A stretch of DNA of 64,000 nucleotides from Eledone cirrhosa (taxonomy: Eukaryota), in the NCBI GenBank assembly GCA_964016885.1, contig OZ024741.1, positions 180,792,001-180,856,000 of the forward strand. The letters are read 5' to 3'. The notes beneath the pieces were generated by a model. The model was not told the origin of the DNA and searched no databases. It saw nothing but the letters and a program-made list of their open reading frames with translations. Of this stretch, positions 12,044-26,189 are shown in pieces (position 1 is the first letter of the stretch; each line of letters begins with the position of its first letter). Position numbers and translations under genes: made by a program.

Positions 12044-13530
12044 AATTTTGATTCAGATCTTTATTTATCTGTCTCTGTTTTAGATATATAGTTTGGATAT
12101 TTGACTTGTAAATTTACTGATTATAATTGAACTGTGGATCATTAATGCGTTTGCATATTTTTTATATACTTTACTCATTTTGAGTATGTTTTGGGGGACT
12201 CAGAAAGTTAGATTTGCATTTATTTTTTATGTGTATCTAGGTATAAATATAACAATCCATAATACCCGACAAATATTGGTCTATCTCTCCACTGAACTGG
12301 AGCTAAAACTACAATTATAGCATTTCTAATAATGATTATAATTATTATTTTTTATTAAATGTATACCGTTTCATTAATACCTATAATAATATCTCTATAT
12401 AATTGTACAAATATCTTTATCAAGTGTAATAACATAATCATCATCATCATCATCATCACCGTTTAATGTCCATCTTCCACGCTTGCAATCGTAGTTTCAT
12501 TTATAAATAATTTAGACACTCAAATGACTATGTATTGTTATAAGTGTTTAATATTCCCTGGAAGGTCGAACTTATATAATCTTTTACTTAATATAATATA
12601 ATTTAATTTAACTTATTTTATTTTATTTTATTTTAATTAAATTTAGATTACCTTCGGCTTTTTCAAATATTTAGCTCCTCTTTATATCACATTCGCTAAA
12701 ATATTATAGATATATCTTTTCTATACTATATTAAAACCCTATTCCATTTATTTTTAATATTGGGCATCTTTAAGTTTCGTAAACAATTCATTTTCTTTTA
12801 TTTGTATATTTATTTAGTATCTAGCCCCTATCATTAGGACTCATATAGTTTTGATTATATCTTTATAGTATATATCAACTAAATCAAAATAATTGATATA
12901 AAACATTAATTCTTTAGCAATATTTTTAACAACATTTTTAACTATATATATTTTTGAACAATATTTTCAGTAACTTATTTACTATATTGCATTATTGCAT
13001 TATTATAGTATATTATATATATTTGAAAGGTATCACCTCAATTATAAACAAATAATAAACTATAATCTTTGTATTTTTTGATCAATACATATATATAATT
13101 GAAAATTCGGACTTCTTTAAGTTTAGTTATAAAGCCGGTTGATAATTTAGGAACTCAAACTATTTAACAATAAATTTTTTAATAATTATAACTATAATTA
13201 TTTTATAAATTATATTATAGAAACTGTTGTCAATATTATAAATAATTTTGGTAAAGATTACCTTTGTGAAGATATAATAACATTATATATATTTTATTTC
13301 TCGTGTTTCGTAAATCCTTTAAATTTGTTTTCATAAAATTTGTATTTTAGAAATTAAACATAATTATATTATAATATTAATACAAATACCTATTAACTTT
13401 TAAAACCTAAAATATTATTCATTACCCTGAAATAACTTAAATTAAATATTTAGAAAATTAACCGCCAACTATATTATTTTGGACATGTTGCATATATGGA
13501 AATCTGTGTATAATAACTTGAACATAAATT
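12043..13530 (-). pseudogene. Extremely AT-rich decayed non-LTR RT remnant (L1/Tx1-like, tentative)
   Basis: Faint minus-strand motifs in RT order (IVGG.FS..VISG; STG.*LNLKKSE; GLD/GIL-like; ETV.HL); riddled with stops. Confidence 0.3.
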
Positions 13531-13967
13531 ACTCCCCTTTGTCTCTCTCTCTCTTTAATCATCTTTTATCTGTTTTTTCAAGCCACCTACTAAATATATT
13601 ATCACGTCAGCTGTTTCTTCCTCTATGCTTTCCTTTCCCTCCTCTTTCTCCAGTAGTTTTGAAAAATAAAAAAAATGTTATAACTGTTATATTGATGCCA
13701 TGTATTTCTTAAACTCTATTATACGCACCCTCTCTATTGTCTGTATTATGTTATCTCATGTTCTCAATATTAGGGTATAAATATTGAGTTTTGTCATAAG
13801 TTAATCACTACCATGACTGAATCTTAACCATCTACTATGTCAGGGTATGTCATGTATCATTTTATTTTATCTGATGAGAACATACTGTTGAACTTAACTC
13901 AGTACCTCTGAAATATGTATAATAAAATATAATTGATCACAAGAATATCTATTTTGTTAATATTTTG

Positions 13968-14048
13968 AATTAGAGGAATTCATACAACAATCAACAAAAT
14001 CTCCTTAAAACCAACAAAACACACATATACATGCATACACATTCATAA

Positions 14049-14087
<39 letters not shown>

Positions 14088-14202
14088 TATATATTGTGTG
14101 TGTGTGTGTGTGTGTGTGTATTTATGAATGTGTATGCATGTATATGTGTGTTTTGTTGGTTTTAAGGAGATTTTGTTGATTGCTGTATGAATTCCTCTAA
14201 TT
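13968..14202. repeat. Near-perfect fold-back palindrome centred on (CA)n/(TG)n
   Basis: AATTAGAGGAATTCATACAACAATCAAC... mirrored by ...GTTGATTGCTGTATGAATTCCTCTAATT; arms ~110 bp. Confidence 0.9.
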
Positions 14203-15394
14203 CCTCTAAGCTAAAAACAAGGTAAAATTAAATCACAGTCATCTATTTGACCCACGATGTCTAAAAGAAAAACATATGTGTATATATGTACAGATTTGTT
14301 CCAATATAGCTTCCTTCCACCTACTGCATTCCTTTGTCATTTCTATGTCTCCTTATCCTCATGTTTTGAGGAGTGAAAAGAAATCTTACATTTTGGAAAC
14401 TTGTTCTTTTGTAGGTGGTCGATTTATCAGAATCATTAGTGTGTTGGATAGTTATTCCAGCTCTGTGTTCCAACCCCAACTGAGCTCTACTTTGCTTTTC
14501 ATAATTTCAGGATCGATAAAGAATATATCAGCCAAGTGTTTGTGCAGTTCAATCTGTCTCTAGCTGTCACATCCTAGATGCTCCACTAGATCTATAGAGG
14601 GAGGTTTAAAAGGGTGCTTGTTTCTACTTGTGTCTTTATAGGTTCTTGAAACCCTTAGCAAAAGCATGGTATGAATAGTGAGATATGGGGAGAACGGAAG
14701 AAGGGGAGAGATGGAGGCAGTGACAGCGGGAGATTGGTTCTTTTGTGTTCGGACCTGGTGTGTTTCTATATGTTTCACACACACCCATCTTAGGCACTGT
14801 ATGGCACTATCTCAACTCTAGTACACCGCAACACGTACATACCATTGTTAAATTTACAATCATTTTATTAGAGCTTTATTTGGCAATATCCAGTTTATAC
14901 TATGAATCAGCCAGTTATTTCAAAAGAAGGAGACAGACTACTACTGAGTTATACACAATTGCAATTGACAGACAGTCATAGTTTTTTTTATCTTCTTTGG
15001 AGGACAATTCACCTCAAAGCAAATTAAGTCCCTTTACTTTTTTTTTCCTACAAACATTTCTGGATTAACTTTTACCAACACAGATCATCCATAGTTTCCA
15101 TTGATATTGTGCCACTGCCAGATTTTGATTTCTTCTCTCTGAGATCAGAGAAATATAAGTGTAATGCTAGTTGAATATGAAGGCAGGTCACTTAGTGGTT
15201 ATGTTGTTAGGCTCATGATTGTAAAATCATGAGTTCAATCGCAGGATTGGGCGGCAACATGCTGTGTCATTGAGCAACACACTATTTCAAGTTGCTCCAA
15301 TTCACTCAGTTGAAAAAAATGAGTACCGGCAGCAACTAGGGCTTAAGCTGTTCATTATTGTATATCTCTTGATTGTATATCTCATGATTGACTA

Positions 15395-15590
15395 TGAATT
15401 GGCGGTGGATTGGCAGTATTGGTAGAGGGTCGGACGCCATGCTTTCCAGCATAGTTACGTCCCTTTACGATCTGAGTTCAAATACCGCCGAGGTTGACTT
15501 TGCCTTTCATCCTTACGGGGTCGATAAAATAAAGTACCAGTAATGCACTGGGTAATTGCTGGCCTTGTGCCTAAAGTAGAAACAATTATT
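15395..15590 (+). mobile_element. Meta-domain SINE (family 1) with TSD-like TTGTATATCTCATGA flanks
   Basis: Match to family consensus; repeated flank sequence on both sides; an older copy follows at ~15700-15915. Confidence 0.8.
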
Positions 15591-17244
15591 GTATATCTCA
15601 TGAAATACAGTGTCTATGTATTTCAGATAATTTTGAAAATATCAAAAATTTGGAGGAATTTAATAAAATAATTGACCATTTCATTATGAAACTGATGTTT
15701 AGGATAGTGGATTGTCAGAATCGTTAGAGCATCGGAAAAATGTATGAAAGTATTTGTTCTGGCTCTTTACATTCTGAGTTCAAGTCTTATCAAGGTCAAC
15801 TTTGCCTTTCATCCTTTTGAAGTCAATAAAATAAAGTACTAGTGAAATACTGGGGTCAGTTTAAATGGCTTTTCTACTCTTCTCAAATTATTGGCTTTGT
15901 GCCAAAAGTAGAAATCCTTAGTCAGCTGATGTTTGGAACATTACTTAACAAAATCTAAAAAAAATATATATTTTGTTGGAAGCTTTTAATATAAATTGGA
16001 ATATTTTTAAATGAGGAGTTTTATATCATTATATAATTTATATCATGGTTTCAGGCGGTTTGGTATTAAGAGAGTTAACCTTGCAACAGACAAACATCCT
16101 GGCTTGGGAGAAGTATTGTACTCTCAATCACTTAATGTCTATGAAACCAGGATTAGCACTGATCTGATGAGTCTCTCTAGGCTTGGGACAAACTTTAAAT
16201 TTTAGTTGACTATAGTCTGTTTTCTTTACAGAATAAAACTACTTATGTGTAGTAAATAATTGGTTAGTTTTAAACCATGTAGTATTGAAGACTAGTATAT
16301 TACACAAGGGGTTAAGGGATTACTTACGAGCCAGATACTTTCAATATTTTGTTTATGCAGGTGGTAGAAATTTCACTGAAATAATTAAATATTAATAAAT
16401 TTTATTACCACTACATTCACCAACATCATCCTGTTTACAGTGTTGTTACTTCTATTCCTGATCATCATCATTATCATTATCATCACAAACACCACTGTCA
16501 GAATCATCACCATCATAACCAGTGCTATCATCATCATTTTCATTACCAGATTGCCATCCTGATCATCATCATCATTATCACCATAACATTTACCAGAAAT
16601 TTGCTTCATCATTAAAAAAATTATTGTTATTGTAATTTTTACATATATACAAATGTTTGTTAAGTATATATACATATAACATATATGTATATATACATGT
16701 ATATATACATATATGTATATATACATATAACATATATGTATATTCAATATTAAGTTAATTTAGTGTAAAAGGCTTCAAAGCACGTTTTTAACTACCAGGA
16801 TCTTTTTGACATGCTGAGGCATATGTGTATATGTGCATGCATGTGTGTATGTGCATATGCATACATTTATATGTTTGTGTATATAAATATAAACACACAA
16901 ACACAGATACATAAAAATACACACTCACAGACATACATTCACACAAATATACATACATTCACGCAAACACATTGTGTGATGGATGAACGGAAGTTGCTCA
17001 AATTTATGTATAGATGAAAAATAGTCTAAGTTGGGCATATAACCTCCCGGAGAAGGCAAAAAAGTGGACGCTGTCTACTCAGACTATTTTCATAGTAAAA
17101 TACGTATGTTGAAGCCATTAACTATAAGTAACTTAATATTAAAAATTTGTAACCCACTCAACAGTTTCAAAAATAGTTTGTTTATGTGTGTGTGCATATG
17201 TATATTTATATATATATATACATATGTATATATATATTGGCAGT

Positions 17245-17955
17245 AAGGCGAACTCAAATGCATCTCTCAATGATGAGATAATCAATTGTATAGAGAAAGT
17301 CACAAGTGCATTTGCAGGTTTATTAAGCTGTTGTACTGACCATACTCTTATATAGATCAGATTCTTGGATGCCATATTGGTCACACAGCAACCAACTAAA
17401 CATCTCTCATAAAGGTTGTCTTTGGGCAATCTGTGGGTACACACTGACCTCTTCACTAAGTGTAAAATTGGAGGCAATGAGACCTTTCTTATGGAATCGC
17501 AATTATGCTCATCTGGTCAAGTCATGCCATCAGTATGAGTGACAAAAGAATACTAAACGTCCTCATGTACAGCAAGCTTGATGGTGGATATAGAAATGTA
17601 AGACAGCTATGGCTCAAGGACAAAGACAAGCTGAAGAGTATCTTTCAGCAACCAATATACCTTGTGAGACATTTGAGCAAGTGGCTCTGGAGGAGAAGGA
17701 CTGGAGATCTGTGTGTCATAATGGGATCAGGAACTTCGAGTTCGGGTGTATCTAAAGTCTATAAGAAGTAAGAGGAAGGTGAAAAGCATTATCAACTATA
17801 CTAGCAACATTGTCCAGTAATTCTCATCCTTGCATGATCTGTGGACTTGCTTGCAAATCCTTGGCAGGACTAAAATGTCATACCTTAACTGAATGAATTG
17901 AATAACTTGTTTGGATCCTCATACGGTGAAATCAATGGGAGTGTTCAACATCATC
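17245..17955 (+). mobile_element. Decayed 3' end of a BovB-type RTE LINE
   Basis: NASLNDEIINCIEKVTSAF, MSDKRIL..LMYSKL, ETFEQVALEEKDWRS, HPCMICGLACKSLAGLKCH across shifted frames. Confidence 0.75.
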
Positions 17956-18114
17956 ATCATTTCACGTCTGCTTTTCCTTGCTTGCAAGGGTGGGATGGGT
18001 CCTCCTCTTGCACATGGCTGCACTAGCCACCCAATTATTTTGTGCAGCCATAACAGGGTTAGTATTATTACTGTTTACACAGTTACCATTATATATATAT
18101 ATATGTATGTGTGT

Positions 18115-18450
18115 ATCATCATTTCATTTTACATCCGCTTTTCCCTGCTTGCAAGGGTGGGACGGGAACTGATGCTGGCTTGATTTCTACAGCTGGATGC
18201 CCTTCCTAACACCAACCTCATTTACAGTGAGTGCTGGGTGCTCTTTTGCCGTGGCACCTACACGACCACTTTGCAGTGGAATGATATGGACCCCAGTTCC
18301 TATCATCTCATTTCTACAGCTGAGTAAACTGGAGCAATGTGAAATAAAGTGTCTTGCTCAAGGAAACAACACATCACCCGGTCTGAGAATTGAACTCACA
18401 ACCTTTCGATTGCAAGGCCAATGCTCTAACCACTAAGCCATGTGCCTCCA
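18115..18450 (-). mobile_element. Full-length CORE-like SINE with RTE tail (family 2)
   Basis: Head GGAGGCACATGGCTTAGTGGTTAGAGC...GAGTTCAATTC, body TCCTTGAGCAAGACACTTTATTTCACATTGCTCC, RTE-type tail. Confidence 0.85.
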
Positions 18451-18454
18451 TGTG

Positions 18455-18870
18455 TATCATCATCATCATCACCGTTTTACGTCCGTTCTTCCACACTAGC
18501 ATGGGTTAGACGGGTTGTCCTGTTGTAGGCAGTGTCTGGTCGGCTGACCATGCCTTGCTCATACAGGAACTGATTTGGCTTGATTTCTACAGCTGGATGC
18601 CGTTCCTAACACCAACCTCATTTACAGTGAGTGCTGGGTGCTTTTTCGTGGCACCTACACGTCCACTTTACAGTGTGGGCTGGGTGCTTTTTTGCCGTAG
18701 GAGGGTGTGGGGGCATATTGTCTATATGCTTCAGCTTGTACCCATGGGAGGTCGGGTACTCTGTATTACTGCGTGACGCCAGAGGTCACGGTCGTGTGTC
18801 ATCGCCTTGGAGAGGTGTAATTGGGTAAGGTCGGCTTTTATCACCTCATCCCAGGTCATCTTGGGTCTCA
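18455..18870 (-). mobile_element. Short 3' fragment of RTE subfamily B
   Basis: RPKMTWDEVIKADL..DRDLWRHAV plus 3' UTR and (CAT)n tail. Confidence 0.85.
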
Positions 18871-19073
18871 TACATGCATACACACACACACATATACATA
18901 TATACATACATGCATCCATAAACACACATATATACATATATATATATATGCGTATATATATATGTGTGTGTATATCTGTGTGTATATATATATATGTGTG
19001 TATGTTTATATGTGTGCATATGTATATGTAGGTACATTTCTTTCATGTTTTTCTTCTGTTTTCTACATTTCAG

Positions 19074-19126
19074 CTCTTAGATGAATTACCAATGATATGG
19101 GGTACATCATTCCTTGTTTATTCCTT
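19074..19126 (+). CDS. ACER3: Internal exon of an alkaline ceramidase (ACER3-like, CREST family)
   Basis: Polypyrimidine tract + TTTCAG acceptor, 53-nt exon translating LLDELPMIWGTSFLVYS(L), GTAAGT donor; LLDELPMI is the conserved ACER3/YPC1 motif. No other exons of the gene recognised in the window. Confidence 0.85.
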
Positions 19127-19296
19127 GTAAGTATTACTTTCATCTTTTAACTTTATTACACATTTAAAACATCATTATGTGTAGTTTTGATGGTTTGTAT
19201 GTTGTTTAGTCATCAGGTTGGCACAAATGAAGGAGACTTATGATTTAAGGTACTCCAGTTGAGCATTCTATTATTTCTTTTTAGACAGTTTTAATG

Positions 19297-19360
<64 letters not shown>

Positions 19361-20210
19361 TCCCACCCTTGCAAGCAGGGAAAAAGCGAACGTAAAATGA
19401 AAAAAATGAATATGAACGGAAAAAAAATGAAACAAAATTTCATTTCCCACTCTTAGTATGGCTGTTACTTAAATATAAGTATGTACACATACATACATAT
19501 ATGTATACAGACGTACAGTAGTACAGTACAGTAGTATGTATATATAGTATATACATACTACTGTACGTCTGTATACATATATGTATGTACGTGTACATAC
19601 TTATATATATATATGTATATTACAAAAACAAATGAAACCATTTCAGTGTGATTTGATGAAGATTTAGTTGCTATTTCTAGCAAACTGAGAGACCATTGAC
19701 TCATTTTGTATGTTCTTGTTGTTTAGCTTCAGGTCAGTCAGTTTCTCCTCTACTGCTAATTTGGTCACCTAGGCAACAGAAGCTATAAAATACTATGAAA
19801 ACAACTTTTATTATTTATTAAATTTTACTTTCTCCTTTCTCATTAATATGATCATCATTATCATTTAGTATCTGCTTTTCCGTGCTAGTGTAGGTTGTAC
19901 AATTTGCAAATTCCCAACTGCATGTCCATACTGGTACATTCACCTTTTTAAAATATTCATAGCAAGACTCTTGTATGTTTAATATATATAAGTTTGCACT
20001 ATATGCAAATGAGCATCTCCAGCTGATGTTTCATTTGCAAAAAGATGTACAATATCTGATAATAGTTTATACTCAATATTCTTTTTTTTCTTTTTTTTTT
20101 TTTTTAATACTAACTTGTAATAATATAAGTACTAGTTAAATAATTTGTTTTGAAACATTTGTCAGGCTATTAAATGATTTAAAAAAATCTATACTATCAT
20201 TGTAATTTAT

Positions 20211-20324
<114 letters not shown>

Positions 20325-21231
20325 ATGTGTATACTGTGCGTGTACACCCACACAATGCTGTCTCAACGATGTAAATTATAAGTATGTATATACATATATT
20401 TGGAAGTGACCCTTATAAGACCTACTTAGTGACCTAGAACAAGTCAAGACAGGTAAACTTATTGCTAATACCATTCCAGAAACTCAAAATATGCAGTGGA
20501 ATAGCTGCTGCTTCTGTTGTTATTGTTGTTGCTGTGTTTCACCCCAGGTCATCTCTGATTGAGCAAACCTATGATCAATGGGTTCCAGTAATGATCATCC
20601 CAATTTTCCCTCTGACTAGAAGTATATTGCCCGAAGTGTACCTTCTCCTATTCTTTTTGTCAAAGATGGGAGCATATGTTTTAAGGTAGAGTTACCTGCT
20701 AATTTTAGTATGTTGAGGGACTACATGTAGATCCTCTTCGTGATTGGAGGAATTGCTTTTTGATCCTGTTGTCAAAGGAGACTCTGCTCCTTGTTATGTG
20801 TAAAACAGAAAATAAATAAATAAGGAATATATAACAGGACAGGCTGAAGTATACATCCAGTGAAACCTCCAGCCCACACTGTGAAATGATCATGGTGGTG
20901 ACATGACAAAAACCACCCAGCCCACACTGTAAAGTGATCATGATGATGACACAGCAAGAAGCACCAAGCCCACTCTGTAAAGTGGTCGTATAGGTGTCAC
21001 AACAAAAAACAATCAGTCCACACTGTAAAGTGATTGTGTAGGTGTCACAACAAAAAGCACCCAGTACTCACTGTAAATGAGGTTGGCACTAGGAAGAGCA
21101 TCCAGCTGTAGAAACCAAGCCAAAATCAGTTTTGTATGAGCAAAAGTGGGTCTAGAAATTTTTGTCAAATGAATATTTGGTGAAAATGTGTTCATGAGAA
21201 GCATATTGGCTGAAAGGCATATTGACTGACA

Positions 21232-24200
21232 GACTAGTCCTGAATAAGACAATTACCACAATAATATCAGCTTACGCACCCCAATCGGGGCTGCCAGACG
21301 AACTTAAGGATAGGTTTTACGAGTCCCTAATACACACTACTGCTCTAACAGACGACAAGGACTTCCTAATCATTGCAGGAGATTTTAACGGACACGTAGG
21401 TAAACACTGCGACGGCTTCAATAGAGTACATGGAGGCCATGGAGTTGGCACAAGGAATGAGGAAGGATTCAGACTTCTAGAATTCTGCGACGCCAATGAC
21501 ATGTCGATATGTAACACAAACTTTAAAAAACCCGACAACCACCTGATCACCTATAGATCAGGGGAGCACTCTAGTCAGTTAGATTTTATTCTCATCAGAG
21601 GACGTGACAGATGGACGGTCGTAAACACAAAAGCCTTCCCTAGTGAGGAATGTACATCCCAACATAGCTTAGTTGTCAGCGACCTCACGGTCAGAACTAG
21701 ACGAGCCCTGAAACAGAGGCCAACCTGGAGAAGAAAGATCTGGAAGCTGAAAGTCCCCTCAACCAGTAACAGATTTAAAGATATTTTACTCAACGCCTAC
21801 GACAGTAAAGAAGAACAGATAGAGACATTTAACGTAGAAGAGAACTGGGAGTTCCTAAAAAATAACTTACTAGAGGCGACGGATGAGGTTTGTGGCTGGA
21901 GTAAGACCTCAAGCAGGAGGAGAGTGACTTGGTGGTGGAACAATAAGGTAGATGAAGCAGTCAAGGCCAAGAGACAGGCATGGAAAGAATGGAAGAACGG
22001 GGGGAGCAGGGTACATTACATAGAGACCAAGAGGGAAGCTAGGCGACAAGTATACTTAGCTAGGAGGGAAGCAGAGGATAGAAAATTCAAGCATGTTTTA
22101 CAACGTGAGGACCAGAAACAGGAGGTATTCAAGATTGCGAGGCAGTGTGTCAGAGATAGTTGTGATGTCATTGGAGAGAAGTGTATCCGGAATGATAAAG
22201 GTGAGCTTGCCCTCACAAGTGCTGAGAAGAAAGATGCATGGAAGAGTCATTATGATAGATTACTAAATGAGGAGAATGCATGGGAAGAAGAGACCCTACC
22301 CCACGTAGACCCTATAGAGGGACCAGCAGTACAAGTCAGCGGCAGCGTAGTAAGTAAGGCAATCAGAGATATGAAGATAGGGAAGGCAACCGGTCCATCG
22401 GGTATAGCTGCCGAGATGCTGAAGGCATCTGGGTCTGTAGGTCACACTATAACCACACGTATCGTTAACCAGGTAATACTAGAGGGGGCCATACCAAAAG
22501 ATTGGTGCAGTAGCATCATTGTCAACTGCTACAAAGGTAAAGGCGATGCACTAGATAGAGGAAACTATAGAGGTATAAAGTTGATGGACCAGGTCATGAA
22601 AGTAACAGAAAGAGTTATAGCACAGCTGATTAGGGACCGGGTGAATATAGACGAGATGCAATTTGGGTTTGTTCCAGGGAAAGGCACCACTGATGCGCTC
22701 TTCCTTGTGAGGCAATTACAGGAAAAGTACCTAGCTAAAAGTAAGCCACTCTACTTGGCATTTGTCGACCTTGAGAAAGCCTTTGACAGAGTTCCACGTG
22801 CAGTAATCTGGTGGGCTCTTAGAAAACTAGGAGTAGATGAATGGCTTGTGAAAGCGGTACAAGCCATGTATAGGGGAGCAGTCAGCAAAGTTAGGATTGG
22901 CAATGAGTATAGCGAGGAATTTAGCGTACAGGTTGGGGTCCACCAGGGCTCTGTTCTTAGCCCTCTCCTGTTCATCATAGTCCTGCAGGCAATAACGGAG
23001 GAGTTTAAGACCGGATGCCCATGGGAACTCCTGTATGCTGATGACCTCGCACTCATAGCTGAATCTATGGTAGAACTAGAGAATAAATTCCAAACCTGGA
23101 AGCAGGGACTAGAGAGAAAGGGCCTCAAAGTCAACATGACAAAGACTAAGGTCCTTATAAGTAGACGAGAAAACAGAACCCAGATCCCCTCAGGGAAATG
23201 GCCTTGCTCAGTATGTAGGAAAGGTGTAGGTAGGAACTCCATTCTTTGCCCCAAATGCAAACAATGGGTACACAAGAGATGTAGCGGGATCTCAGGAAGC
23301 TTAATTAAGAATGTAGGATTCACATGCAGCAGCTGTGCTGAAACAGCAAGCAAACAGCCACAGGAAACAAGTACCACCAATCTCTGGGAGGGCCCTGTAG
23401 AAACAGTAGACAGCTTCTGCTACCTAGGTGACCGAATTAGCAACGGAGGTGGGTGCTCAGAAAGTACAATAACTAGGGTAAGAACGGGATGGAAGAAGTT
23501 TAGGGAACTACTACCACTGCTAGCTGCAAAAGGCTTCTCCCTCAGAATGAAAGGCAGACTGTATGATGCGTGTATCCGAACAGCGATGTTGCATGGTAGT
23601 GAGACCTGGGCGCTGAAGGTGGAAGACTTACGTAGATTAGAGAGAAACGAAGCCTGCATGCTCCGATGGATGTGTAACAGTAATATACGCGAACGACAAA
23701 GCATAAATGAATTGAGAGAGAGACTGAGCATAAGAGGAATCAAATGCTGCGTGCAGGAGAGGCGGTTACGCTGGTATGGACATGTGATGCGTATGAAGGA
23801 TGACAGCTGCATAAAAAGGTGCAGAGCACTAGAAGTTGATGGAAACCGCGGAGTGGGGAGACCCAAGATGACTTGGGATGAGGTGATAAAAGCCGACCTT
23901 ACCCAACTACACCTCTCAAAGTCAATGACACACGACCGTGACTTCTGGCGTCACGCAGTAATACAGGGTACCCGACCTCCCATGGGTACATGCTGAAGCA
24001 TATAAACAATATGCCCCCCCCCCCCCCACCGCAAGGTGGTCGTGGAGGTGCCACGGCAAAAAAGCACCCAGCCCACACTGTAAAGTGGACGTGTAGGCGC
24101 CACGAAAAAGCACCCAGCACTCACTGTAAATGAGGTTGGTGTTAGGAAGGGCATCCAGCTGTAGAAATCAAGCCAGATCAGTTCCTGTATGAGCAAGGCA

Positions 24201-24300
24201 TGGTCAGCCGACCAGACACTGCCCACAACAGGACAACCCGTCTAACCCATGCTAGCGTGGAAGAACGGACGTAAAACGGTGATGATGATGATGATGATGA
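21232..24300 (+). mobile_element. RTE LINE subfamily B, 5'-truncated but with uninterrupted 924-aa ORF (21222-23996)
   Basis: Begins mid-APE (SAYAP, GDFNGH), full RT with LLYADD and PHD finger, 3' UTR and (GAT)n tail; lacks the N-terminal endonuclease motifs. Confidence 0.95.
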
Positions 24301-25171
24301 TATATTTATAGAAATACATCATCATCATTTTATGTTTGTTTTCCATGCTGGCATGGGATGGACGGGTCATCATGATCCAAAACTAGATGAGTGAGAGAAT
24401 CGCCTGTTGCTCATATGTTCCATCTATTTGGCATGGTTTCTACAGCTGTAAGCTCTTCTTAATGTCAACCATTTTACAGGGTGTACTGGGTGCATTTTAT
24501 CATGACACCATTACTACTCCTTTACGTAGTGTACTGGGTGATTTTTATTGTGGCACCAGCACTAGAGAGGTTATGAACTAAGCAAGACTGAAAAGTCTTC
24601 TCTACCTCATATTATCTCCATTTGATTAACATCAACTTTACAGAGTGTAGTGGGTGCATATACAGAGAAACACATATTCGTAGGAAAGCAAATGGATCAA
24701 AAAGCAAATTGATTGGAAACAGTTGAAAAGTGGTGTAATATACATCAAAATATAATATTAATATAATGAAAAATTAACATTGGAAAAGATTTATAAAGTA
24801 AATAGTATCAACTATTATGCCTTAAAGTCCTAAAATTTAGTAATTATCAATATATAAATATCAGAATTAAGGGATTATAAAAATCAGCACAATTTGACGT
24901 TGTGCCGAGGAAGCTATATGAGATAACCATCATCACTATTTTTACACCGACCTTTTGACACTTGCATGGGCTAGACGGACTTTTGTGGGCAATGTTTTAC
25001 AACTGGATGCTTTTTCTGACATCAATTCTATTAGTCACTTCTTTTAATATGAAGGTATACAGTGTACCTATTCTAAACCAGGTACACATTGCCTATAAAA
25101 TATAGACTTCCTATAAGACATTAAAATATAAACATGCATGTGAGAAAATCATTAGGGTCCATGAGAAAATA

Positions 25172-25353
25172 TCTGTTTCTACTTTAGGCACAAGGCCAGC
25201 AATTACCCAGTGAATTACTGGTACTTTATTTTATCGACCCCGTAAGGATGAAAGGCAAAGTTAACCTCGGCAGGATTTGAACTCAGATCGTAAAGGGACG
25301 TAACTATGCTGGAAAGCATGGTGTCTGACCCTCTACCGATACTGCCAATCCAC
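25172..25353 (-). mobile_element. Meta-domain SINE with ~16-bp target-site duplication
   Basis: GGTCCATGAGAAAATA on both sides. Confidence 0.85.
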
Positions 25354-26189
25354 CGGTCCATGAGAAAATAACTTACGACAGTTGATTGCTTGAATATCAA
25401 GCTAATATCGGTTGTATTGTTATGGCCATGTAGTTTTGTGTGAAACAATTGCATGAAAGCAATGAGTGGTGTTGCGATGAAGTAATAGTCAATATCAAGT
25501 CAATTAGTATTAAACTTCTCATTTTCTCTGAGTATGTTTGTCCATATATTTCATGTCAAATAATATATTTTCAATCAACTTGCCTTTTGGATAAATTTAT
25601 TTATTGATAAATTTGCCTTTTTATCAATATATTTTCAATAAATGAGTCATTTGGTGGAAGCCTATAGTGTGTGTGATCACCATCATCATTTTCAGTCAGT
25701 TTTTCCATGCTGACATGGGTTGGATGGGCCATTACACACCAGGTCAGTACTTAATTGGGGCTACTGTCCTCCTTCAGTTTTGGCACAATTTTTTCAACTG
25801 TTTTCATAACACTAACCACTTTAAATAGCATACTAGGTGTATTTTAGTAGAGTACCAGCAGAAGAGGCAGTTGTCATGTCATCGATATAACTGAAGAGTC
25901 CTCTGAACTAGTTTTTAGTATATATCTCATTCATATACATCAGAAAAGAATATATGAATCATTTATACACATTGCTTATTATATCATTTTTTACATGAAA
26001 GTCTCTTGCTTTACGTGATTCTTGTTTGTTGTTTTCTTTTGTATTTCACCTTTATACTGCCCCCAACACTTCAGGCCTGCCTAACTGATAAAGAAATGAT
26101 TGTTGTTGCTATAATCATCATCATCATCATCATCATCAGTTAAATATTACGGTCAATATAATCAACTCTCCGTCCCCTAAATCTGGTAG

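Noticed and set aside
12043-13530. Possible NUMT because of extreme AT content
   Set aside because: No mitochondrial gene, rRNA or tRNA motif recognised by eye; not excluded without BLAST
18375-18450. tRNA-like sequences at SINE heads
   Set aside because: A/B boxes present but continuous with SINE bodies and no proper cloverleaf; not tRNA genes
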